A stretch of 64,000 nucleotides of DNA, taken from positions 2,017,739-2,081,738 of the forward strand of contig NMRA01000005.1 of assembly GCA_002633005.1 (NCBI GenBank), written 5' to 3'. A program made the translations under genes and the position numbers. Shown here in pieces: positions 36,701 through 48,062 of the stretch. Under the pieces are notes generated by a model. It did no database searches and had not been told where the DNA came from. It saw nothing but the letters and a program-made list of their open reading frames with translations. Numbering within the stretch: position 1 is the stretch's first letter; every line of letters begins with the position of its first letter. This DNA comes from Phoronis australis (lineage: Eukaryota; Animalia; Phoronida).

Positions 36701-39700
36701 ACCATCCGATCACTAGACGATAGTTGCCTACCTGAAGTTGAATTCTCATAGGATGAAATTCAGACAGCTCTGCACGGGCGTCAGAAAAATGTTCAATAGT
36801 TTGTTATTTATTGACTTAGGAACAAGACTGGTTGTTTAAATTCATAAACAGGGGATTAAAAAGGAAATATGTCATCAATATAAACTCATTGCTCATTAAC
36901 TTTAGAAGATTAATTGCCTAGTTTTCACTTCCTTGATGTATTTTGATTGGGGTAGTATTGCGCAATAGACTCTCTCCAAACTCACTGAGTCGTTTGTTTG
37001 CTATCCCCATGCATACAGAGCCCGTGATCGCTCTCGTACCCAAAGCAAAGATTTTATAGTTACCTAAAACTTGGGATATAGTATCTTTGCCCAAAGGTAC
37101 AAGCGGAGCTGTCGTCTCCATTGAATCAAAGACAAGATGACCTGAATCATTATATCCAATTATCAGTCAACAAATGAGGGGTACCGTTTCAAAAGTGCGG
37201 CACACCCCCGCCTTCTACCACACAAAAATATTTTGGTCTCTTACCGATACAAAAGACGGTGTCACAACTTTGAAAAAATTACTGGTCGTTAAGTGCTTCA
37301 GATCTCACTTACATGTGTTACTGTTGCTTGTCACGTTCGCAACGGGGTTTAGTTAGTCTCTGAAGCAGTACGACTGTCTCGGGCATTTCCAGTTTCAATT
37401 AGTTTCAATTTATTTACATATCATGCGATTAATTAACCTTGCAAAAACATGACAGATAGCGACTTTAAACAGAAGCTCCCAATAAGGTCCGTTAACATAT
37501 TTAGGCGCACGTTCTCGGGTTCTCCATGCTCGACGTAAGAAACGAACGCAAACAAATTGAGAAACTGTTAAACGCTCCTGTAACATCACTTGGAGACGGG
37601 TTGAAGCTCCTTACAACGAATATACTATCATCAAATTCAAAGTAAAGGTCAAGGCGAAATTCCTGAGCCGACAGAGAACGTCAAAATTTTCTTGATCGTT
37701 CTTGTACGCTGAGCCAACATGTCTGGCAGTGGCATCTCTTGGAAACTGGCTGGCCATATAGAAGGTGAGGCAACTTTAGCCAAAACGTGGGTCGAATACT
37801 ATATCGTCCGAGGGAATCTTACTCGAAACCATGGTGACCATAAAAACATACACTTACCAGCTCGTGATGCGTGTACTTACTTGTTTTACAAACTTTTCGT
37901 TGCGATATAATATGACCAACACCAGTCGACATACTGAATATTGTATGACACATGTCACAAGGCTGACCTGGCGTCTGTTGATTGTCAAACCATGTTTCTA
38001 TAAATATCCTTTCGAGGTTCCCGGGATTTCCAACACCATGTTTGGGTTATTTGCCGGAATTACCGGCGGGCCAAAATTAGATTATATCTAAGGTCAAAGT
38101 TCTTTAAACTTAAGGTTCCTGGATTTCATGCTACGTGATCACGCTCATGGATGATGTCAATACTGGTTTGATTTTTTAATAACAAGCCAGCAAGTACGGA
38201 CAACACTGACGATAGATCCTAGGAAGTATAACATAATTTCCAGATCAATTAAAAATGCTTATTGAAATCTAGCCTACATGAATAAGCTTACTCGTCCCAA
38301 AAGCCGCAATTCTTGAAGGGGTCATTGTTCGGGTGGAATCTGGCGGTTTTCCAAATAAATCTTATTGATCGACCCATGAAAACCAAATATGTTAAAGCAC
38401 CTGATTAAGCGGCTTAATTTGTAATAGGAAAAAAACGTGAACAATGCCACTGTGTTGGATAAAACACTATTAATCATTGTTCAGCCGCTGTCACTCGTGA
38501 ATGTGTAAAGTATTATTGTGTATAGATGTTATGGTGTACCTGGGTTTGTGACGTCCAAACTGGACATAAAATCAATACGGTTTTGATTGACTTTTCCATG
38601 TGTGCTTACCGATATCTTTCCTGAAGACGACGTTGCGAAATTCCATTAATCCTGTTAAAGTCTGCATACTAATAATTGCGTTCACTTTGTGTTATGTTTT
38701 CACATCCCATGGCTAAGCGTGTTGTAAATAACATACATGTGTAGATGGTGAAAGTGGATTCGGATTGCACCTGATAAAAATTTTTGCTATTCACCCCAAT
38801 TTACCTTATTCGCAATTCTGTCAAAAGGCAAAGAGTTGTCGAACAGATAAAGTGGTGTTTATTTTTAGTTTGATAATCGAATGAGTGACAACATACCTGG
38901 CTGAGAAAGTTCGGTGTTTTTGTCCCACGCATCACTATATCAAACAAAGCATAGGTTTTGCCTGGCGTGACCGACTGACCGTAAAATGTTCATGTGTATA
39001 CGTGATCAAAATATTTTTCGGCACGTTCATATTCTGCAACAAAATGAGCGCACACCGACAGTGAAATAAAGTTTCTACCTGCCGTCCAACCGATGTGACC
39101 GGAGGAGTGGAGGTATGGAAGGGTACCAAATATTGAATTGTAGTCGCACAAATGTTCGAACTGTGGCAACAGCGTGGGACGTTATCTTTTACGTGTACAT
39201 AAACTACTCACGCAAGACATGGCGTTACATGATAAAAGTTTATGCGCTACCGCTGTTCAATGCTTTTGTAGCCTCTTAGGAATTGAATTAACGAGTGGGG
39301 AGGTCTCGGAAATCAAGGCGGGGGAACATCGGGAAGGGGAACAGCAGGCCGACACTTTTCCGACTTCCAAAGTTGGGAGTTGGCATCCACGCCACAGCCT
39401 TTCAGTTATCTCCACTCGCAATAAAATATTTTTAAGTTAAATAGACAGACCGTGTTCAAAGTACATCTTATCGGGAGATAAGTGTCCTTGAAAATAACAT
39501 GACTGCGTGTGACTCAGTCATTATGAATGTTTTCTGGTGGGCGTAATGAACGAAAACGTTCATACGCTACAAGAAAAAAGTAATCAGACAAAATCAGTTT
39601 TCCAGTCGTGACGGATAATAATGTGTAAAGCAATAAGCGGCAGGTAATAACTATTATGGGGCCAAATTCCAACTGCAGAATGGCTTATCCACCTAGTAAC

Positions 39701-40528
39701 TAACTTTCTTGTTAAGTATCCATCATAGTCATTCAAGACTACTCGAATGATTAGTTCGGCTTCCGATGACTGGGAATTGGGGGTCGTTTTGTCTGAATAC
39801 TTTTGGCTTGCACTATATGTCTTATGGGAGATCTTTAAGTTTGTTGGTTGAAGTTATTTTTTACCGAGAGTTATATTTCTTAAAAAAAAATAAATACCAG
39901 GGAGTTCTTAATTTCGGGCACAAGAATACTGGTTTACTTTCCTGGAAACAAGAGACCACGTGCGTAATTTAGTTATATACGAAATTGATTAATCCGAACA
40001 ATTAGTCATCGCATAACCCCTACTAGTTTAGAATTGGGGCCACAATACTGCCCTTCAGGCTATGTGCACATTTCGATTTAGTTCAAGTGTCCGGTAATCC
40101 AATTCCGGCCACCTAGTGGGAATTTTTACACCGTCAAAAATAAATTCCCACATTCTATCATTGACAAAAGCGCTTACCTTCGTCGGTGACCCTTTGTGAT
40201 TCTATGCATAATCTCGGTGAAGCACAATGGGTATTATGATGGAGTTCGCGAAGAATTCCAAGCTCACTTCTTGGTCGTCGTCAACTGCGCGCGATTAGTA
40301 TTGGTATGGCAAGCTTACTAGGTCACGTCACACGGGGAATTACCGGCGAGGGAAGAGCTAGAGAAACTCAACATAACTTTTATTTAAGGATATGTCTGAA
40401 GTTATGTTAACTAAATTGTCTTCAGCGTCATGGTATATGTGTTTATTTTAACTCAGTGCACCCGTTATCCAGCCAGCTAGCTTTATGAAGACTATCGTCA
40501 AAATATAGGTACAAGTAGGTACCACTGT

Positions 40529-40805
40529 CAGTGGCGGATTTAGGGAGGGGGCAAGGGGGGCCATGGCCCCCTAAAATTCTACCAAATACTATTTGGCAGT
40601 TCGAGTGCGAATTGCTGACTAGCACATGCGCGCATCTAGGGGGGCACGGGGGACGAATAAACAATGAACAAACCCCGATTACCGTTTTTGTTAGTAATAA
40701 GGTCCGCAAACCCAAAAAATTTGAGACCCACGCAAAGCATGTGCCGAAATTCTGGTTATTCCTGTGCCCTGGCCCCCCTAATTCAATATCCTGGATCCGC
40801 CCCTG
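40529..40805. mobile_element. MITE with CAG(T/G)GGCGGAT termini and 5-bp TSD
   Basis: cagtggcggatttaggg...ctggatccgcccctg, flanked by actgt on both sides. The paralogous site at about 61141-61160 is empty. Confidence 0.85.
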
Positions 40806-41187
40806 ACTGTGAGTTGTCGAGCTCCGACAGACCTCGAAACTGTACGCAGCCGGGCAGTGTTCTGCTCTTCACTTCGCCGTGTATCAACACGTAGAGCCAA
40901 AGACCGGCGGGAGTGCGGGCACTTGAAAATAAGGGAGTCACTCACCTAGTGGCCCGTTACAGCCGCTTAAAAGAAAAAACAATCTACTAAATGTCGTTTT
41001 ATTGCGCATTTCTCCGCCTTGTGTAACAATGAAAAACATGTCGTCGTTTTGAAAACAGTACACTCGTAACAGGCTCACGTGCCATTTCCTAATTTTTGCA
41101 ACATCTCTCGGGAGATGATGACAGCTTTGCAGTAGCAAAATTTTGAAATTCGGTTTGCTGGTAACAAAATTCTAACAAATGATTAAT

Positions 41188-41340
41188 CAGTAGAGCATTT
41201 GGGGGAGGCAATGGGGCCCTGCCCCCTTAAAATTATCCCAGATTCCATTTGGAAGTTCGGGGGTGCAAATGTCTGATAGGCAAAATCCTGGCTAATAGTC
41301 TGCCCTGGCTCCCCTAACTCAAAATGCTGGATCCGCTCTG
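41188..41340. mobile_element. Short MITE of the same family (equivalent copy at 61506-61661)
   Basis: cagtagagcatttggggg...ctggatccgctctg with flanks ttaat/ataat. It is present in both duplication units, so it predates the duplication. Confidence 0.7.
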
Positions 41341-41473
41341 ATAATGAAATGAAACCAGTTCCGATACATTCCGTTGTGACGAGTACGCAACCCCGTGAAA
41401 TAACAGTTGATTGAAAAATCGGCCAAAGAACAAACTGGCCAATAGGTGACGCAATAGTTCATACCGCCGAAAG

Positions 41474-41577
41474 NNNNNNNNNNNNNNNNNNNNNNNNNNN
41501 NNNNNNNNNNNNNNNNNNNNNNNNNNNNNNNNNNNNNNNNNNNNNNNNNNNNNNNNNNNNNNNNNNNNNNNNNNNNN
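41474..41577. other. Assembly gap (104 N) between the two NLR-bearing units
   Basis: Run of N. Confidence 0.99.
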
Positions 41578-44500
41578 TTTATTTAGCGGATAACTTTGAA
41601 AATTTATGTAACCCAGCCCTGGTGTCAAGTGTCCTGATAGTGAGACGTTTTTCGGGAAATTTCCTCATAGAAACCCACTCGGCGTCAACTTTTGGTCACA
41701 AATTCAGTTTTGTGGAGCATTTATCATTTCTAAGAACAAAAAAGTGTTGGCGAACTATGCGTTTATTAAGGTACGATTTTTCACAACGGTGACTGTACAA
41801 TAGGGCTGGACTTCAGGTACTCAAACAGTTCAGACTCTCCAAACATAACAAGTCTAACAGTCTCCAGGTTTTCATCCATTATTTGGAATTTGGATAAGTT
41901 GGCAGGCGGCATCACGTTTTTTGTTTTCAGGTTATTAGGTTGATTTTGTACGATAAAAAGTACTTTAGGAGTAATATCTAAGACTTTGATATGGAGGGCC
42001 AAATGGTTCTTTTAAATGAGCACCATTGAAATGGCTTATTCTGACAAGTGCACACTTTTGCGTAATTAACGTGTGGTATTATACTTATTCAATGTGATAG
42101 AACAGTTCTTAACCTTAAACATTTCTGTGCTTATTGAACACATATTATTTCTTATTAAACGCGTTCTTATAATTAGTTCATATCGTCCAATCACGTCCGT
42201 GCTGTCAAGTCTCAAGCGAAGGAAAACTTTGAAGTTCTTACTTGCTGCAAGGCCACTTTCGAAGATTGTTCAAAGGAGCAAGTGAATGATGGCGCGGCTA
42301 ACCTTGCACTAACTGTGAACTTGTCTTTAATTGAACGTAAGAATAACTCATTCAGCGCTTTGAATAAGTATGAAATTCCAAGCATGCCAGGTACGGGGCA
42401 CGCCAGCGCATTAATCGAGGCCTGCATGAAGTACATGTACGGTGTTAATTCTCGTTCTAGTTGTACTAGATGCGTGTAACGCTTGTCTGAGCCATAGCAG
42501 TTTGTAAAACACCGTTTTTAAACATTTTGCTTGATAACATTGAGATTCTGATCTTTTGCATCTTTGTGTATCCCTGGTCCAAACCAGTAACTAAATTCAA
42601 AATTCAATAACCAGGTCAAAACTAATAATGATAATGAACTTACAAACTGACACAATGACTATCAATTATGGGTTCATCCCTGCTAGTTGTATATTTTTAA
42701 GGCACCAGACTTTCATAACTGATCCACAAAAGGTAATTCCACCCCCCCCCATTACCTCTCAATTTTCAGTGTTCTTCTCTGTCAAGTCATACCTCACAGC
42801 ATCAATATATAGCAGATTCTTCTGTGTCTGTCAATCTGATTCAAGTTCACACAGCATAAGTGAAATAGTCATCAAGTGGCTGTATCTACTACTGTACAAG
42901 TCTTAACGATCAACCCGGCGCAAACGCGTAAAAGCCTTACGCGTACACTACTTATATGATTGGAATTCCATAGAAAAGCAATAGTACCAGTTGCTTAAGC
43001 TAACGTGCGCGCTAAATAAGCACATTTCAACGCACAGAAATGTACTCGTTTAAGAACCCTTCGGCGCTTCATACTTTGAAGGCTTCTTCCGAGCACACTA
43101 CTGCCAGTCTTTATGTGGAGATGAGGAAAAGTGCATTCAAGTTGATTGAAACTATAATCTTTCTGGCCCATATACACCCCTGACTCTTGGCTGATCTATG
43201 CTTGTCAAACACTATTTTTGGTAGCTAATAAGCTAATCCTTTTATTTATTGCGAGGACTATGAGAGTGTTAAGGTTACAGGCCAAGGATTAAATTTTATC
43301 AACAACTTTTTAAGTATCAATTGTATGTTCATAAATTTTTTAAAACATGAACAAAGGGTCCTATTGTGTGCACACAATTAATGCCTAGATGGTTGTAATA
43401 AATGGGACTGTGTTAGTACAAAAAGCCTGAAATTTCACGGAAACCGCTGTAATTTCCATTAGCACTATTTTTAGTATGAAAGTGCAAATTCTGTTTCTTT
43501 ATTATTTAAGCTACTAAGCTACAAAATCGTGTTTAGGATGTAGAAGCCTTTTTGCTAACGACAATATTCCTTAAAGCAAACGAAAGTCGTGATTTAAACA
43601 GTCGAGTTCTTGGACGACAAATTTGAAAATTTCATGCAAAAATGATGTTTGACTGCTGAAAACACGACGATCTCCGTTAGAAAGTCACGATTTGTAAGAC
43701 AAAACATAACCCGTGCTTTGATTGCGAAATCCTCGCCAGTTCATTACTAGACGTCGTATAATATTAAAATGTGATTTATTCAGTTTTTGGGCCTGAAGTA
43801 ACAGGTTTCAGCAACCAAAAACTAGTCTGATTTGGAACTTATCAAATCTTAACAAAATCAAGACGTCTGTTATTAATTATTACAGCGCTAAACAGAGTGT
43901 AAAACGCCATCTGTTGTCCCTAAACACGTTATAAATACCACTCTGCAATAAAATAAAAATGCGTAAAGTTGTGTGCTGGGGATACGGTGGTGAAGTCAAA
44001 GCTATCCTAAGTCACAAAGCTACCCATGTATATGGTAATGTTGCCCTGTGAAATGATTTTGAGCGACATACGGAATGCCTGTGGAACGCCCCTAGAGTTG
44101 CGAGTCATCGAAGCTCGTCAGAGTTGACTCGAAATGTACTTCCCAAATGTGTCAAGTTACCGCCCCATTACTGTGGGACCAATAAGACGTTGTCATTTGC
44201 TCAGCTATGACGTATGCTTCGATGTCAATCAGTTTACGCCCCAACTGACCCGATATTATAGCCTAAAAGGTCATTAGCCATCGATCCCACCTTGCATTTG
44301 ACGAATAAGGGACAAGTTTACGTTCACACTCGTATCAATTTAATGAAGCTAGAATGGCACATTTTGCCCAGTAACAAATGTGTAAGCTTGAATTTAATCG
44401 CATTCATCAAAAAGTTATGCAAAATGTTATTCTCAGTGATAAAGAAGTAAGTGTAAAATAAAACGCAACGAAGCAGCACACAGGCACTATTATATATGAG

Positions 44501-45437
44501 AGCGTTACAACATTATGCCTGGGTTCAAGTCTCTGCACTCGAAGCTCGACTCGAAAACTAACAATCATGCGGCATAATTAATGAAGTGTTGAGTCGAGAC
44601 TTCGTGCCCTGTTCACTAATAATGACAGAAAATATAACACACAATGCCACACGCGTACCGTAACATTCTTGTTACCATCAGGGGTAATAATATCAATACA
44701 ATATCCAATCAATGTTCATCGCAACACCAGAAAAATGCACCGGCAATACTGAGCCTGTTTGTGACACTTATGTAAAACGGTACACGTAAACACAATTCTG
44801 TCAGTGTCAGGTTAAAAGCTCATCTGAACTCATTCATTCATTATTTCAGACCTAGGATTTAGAGTGTTTGATCGTAGTTTACACTGAAGCATAGATAACG
44901 GAAGTATTTGCCTCAAGAAGTTAAAGAAAGCAAAAAAAAACGGACTCATCATAGATGCCTCTTATGGTTTTCATAACTCACTGGTGTTCATCGGTAGCTT
45001 TTACGTAAAGCAGACGCGTAACGTGTTTGTAATGGCGTAAGGATTCACTTGTTGACTCGGACATAACCTCTGGCAAGATAAACCGAGTACGCAGTTATAA
45101 GGGGCTATTTCTTAAAACTAATTTCGAACCCGAACACGACTGAGTTCCAATTAACATTTGGTTTTGGGCTCCACTTGAAGAAATTGGACGAGCTAACCAC
45201 CGCCTATATTGTGGTTTTGGCAAACTTCGGAAAACAGAAAACCTTCCATCAGCCCAAACTTCCGAAAATACACTTTTTCCGACCTCTTACATGACGGAAA
45301 TTGCAATATTCGGGCAAATGTAAATATTGATGATAATGAAGCCCAAGTAACAAAGAAGAAATATGGTCTATCATTGAAATGATTTGGGTCCCGGGCTTAG
45401 ATCAACGAGGACATGTCTCCTTGAAACCAAGGTGCCA

Positions 45438-48062
45438 TTAAAAGCCCAAAAGAAGTAATTGCTTATCGTCCTCGAAAGGCTTGTCACGCTGACCCTTTGC
45501 ATACAGCAACCATCCGTCAATAACGACATAGATTTTAGAACTTTCGCCGTAATTTCTCTTAAAGTTCTCCAGCGCATGCGTAAGATATTCCGATGCCTGT
45601 TGGTACCTCTTTTGAAGTATAAGGCACTTTCCAATTGCCCCGTATACCTTTCCGACATATGCATGATTGTCACCTAAATGGAGTATTGCTGTATCTAAGC
45701 AATGCATGAATTTTTCCTCACTTTCTTTGTAGTCCCCCAAGCTCATCATTGTCTTTGCTAAAGCAAACTCACAGACTGCGATAAGAATGTGACTTTTGTC
45801 TTCTTGTTTCAAATGCTTGCTTCTGATGTTTAAACATTTCCCAAAATGGTTCTTTGCTTCCTCATACAACCCCTTATAGTAAGCTACATTCCCAAGCTTT
45901 GGAAGGATGTAGGACAGCAAGTCTTCATCATTTGGTAGATATTTCTGCTGTAATTGTAAAGCGTCCCTTAATAACTTTTCTGCTTCAATGTATTTGCCTA
46001 CGAAAAGATAATTCTTTGCCTTCGCGGCAATGATAGTGATTTTCTGTCTTGGCAAAGACTCGCCTAGTAACTCTAGGGCTTCATCAAAACAACCCATAGC
46101 TTCTTCATGACCATCAGGAACTCGCAGAAGACACGTTCCCAGCATTTGTAATGCAGTTGGTCTAGAAACGTTTTTTTCACTCGAACGCTCGTTTTCTAGA
46201 ACATCAACCAGACTACGAAAGAACAACACACCCTCTGGAAAGTCTCTTCTGTAGTACGCAGAATAGCCAGCCACCTTTAGCAATTCTGATTTGCATTCGA
46301 TTAGCTCATGCAAGGCTTCTACGTAGCTGTGCTCTTCACTTGCTGAGAGAGATCTTTGGGCCACTAAAGCGTTGTCAATGTGTCGGAGCAACGTGTGTAT
46401 ATGTGGAACTAACGTCCTCAGCTTTTCCAAGCTGTCTGCATTGATGTCTTTCCATCCGCATCGCTCGAATCCCTCGGGAAGAACTTTAACGATGGCATCA
46501 GTCAAGGGGCGCAACATCTTCTCAGCAAAATGTCCGGGAAGAGAGTCTCCCAGGTCTTGCTCTTTGTACTCTCTTATGACATGCTGAACCAGCTTGTGGA
46601 TGCGGTAGTGTTCAGGTTTTGTAGAAGTGGCAATGAGGGCATAGTCTCGAAGCATAGATACAGCATCAAAGAGTTTGGACGTATCACTTTCAGGAAAGAA
46701 ACGAGACTTTTTAAATAGCCAAAGTGGGATATCCTCTGAATCTAAAACGGAAAAGCATTTAAGCAAAGTTGGGGCGTTTTCGTCAGGTCCATAATTTGGT
46801 ACATAAAACGGGTCTTTATCTACAACTCTCTTAACTGCCGTGAGCAAAGTCGCAAATACAGAACGTTTGCAGTGGTTATCGAAAGTTATGTTCTTCTTCA
46901 TCATCTTATTCTTAACGACATTGAAATCATCAACATAGCTTTTTATGTCACATCCACATTTTTTAATGTATGCCACAGCCTGAGAAAGTGCTAAAGGCAG
47001 ATACCCAAGATCATAACACAACTGGTCGATTTCACTTTTGTTATCGGCATCGTGATGCTCAGCAGCGTGGAGACGAGCTGACACGTAACTGTATGCATCT
47101 TCGGAGGAAAATTCTCTAAGTTCAAATGGTTTGTGACCCCCCGCTGCAGAATGCGCAGTGATAATAACGTGCTGCTTGGGTTTCAACAGGTCTTCTGGAG
47201 GCAAATACTCACTTATGTCAGAATCAACGTAATCAAACACCAACAAATACGAATCAAGAGTTTTAAGGAAGTCGTAGACTCTTGATACGACGTTTGTGTC
47301 AGAAATGCTTTCAACATTAATGCGTAGGTCTTTGGCCAGGCTTTTCATGTAGTTCACCACGGTGTCGCTTCCACACTTGATCCAATAAAACAGTTGGTAC
47401 TGATCATGATGGCGATGTGCGTACTCTAAAGCTAGCTGAGACTTGCCAACACCTGGTAGACCCCACATTTTTATAATTTGCTGACTGTGAGCAAACCGAT
47501 CACCTGCCTGGTCTGGCTGAAGTAGACGACACAGTTCTTTCATCTCTTTTTGTCTTCCCGTGAAATTTGTATTCCGCGGAGGCAAAATGGAGGCGTTATG
47601 AACTGCAAGTAAACATATTTGTTTCAGTTACGCAACTTAATAATGATATGATGGTGAAGTACGCATTCATACTTGTGGATTAGTAAGCTCTGGTTGAGGT
47701 GGTTAAGAAGGAAATAATAGACAATAGAATAGAAAGGCAAGGGGGTTGCAGTGTATCACGGGGATTTTCAACTGATACATCTTCAGAACTGAATGTGTGG
47801 ATCTGAGATTGTATGGTACTCATTATTAAACAAAGTTATGACGCTCTACTTGGAACAGCGAGACTGGCAATAAAGGATGCTCGAAAGACACAAATAGTAA
47901 TTCAAAGCAGGAATTGCAGAAGGAGACACCAACAAAAATATTGCAAAACAGTAGTGGAATTGAATGAAGGAACTGGACTGTTCAACAGTGTAAACTGAGA
48001 ATGACAGCCATTGGAGTACAAGAGAAGAGCACACGAGTAAATCAAATGGTACCGTTATCCAT
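45438..48062 (-). CDS. NB-ARC (STAND NTPase)-TPR NLR-like protein, paralog 2, about 724 aa
   Basis: Same motifs as paralog 1 (GLPGVGKS, YLLVFDYV, VIITAH, GYLPLALSQA, IHKLVQ, TPR array). Intact main exon 47602-45438 follows tttacttgcag. Inferred first coding exon 48062-48053 (ATGGATAACG|gtacca). Confidence 0.92.

Noticed and set aside
30732-47585. Bacterial antiviral STAND (Avs/NLR-like) operon or contaminating prokaryotic DNA
   Set aside because: Conserved spliceosomal acceptors precede both ORFs, coding density is very low, and the flanks are animal-type LINEs and MITEs.
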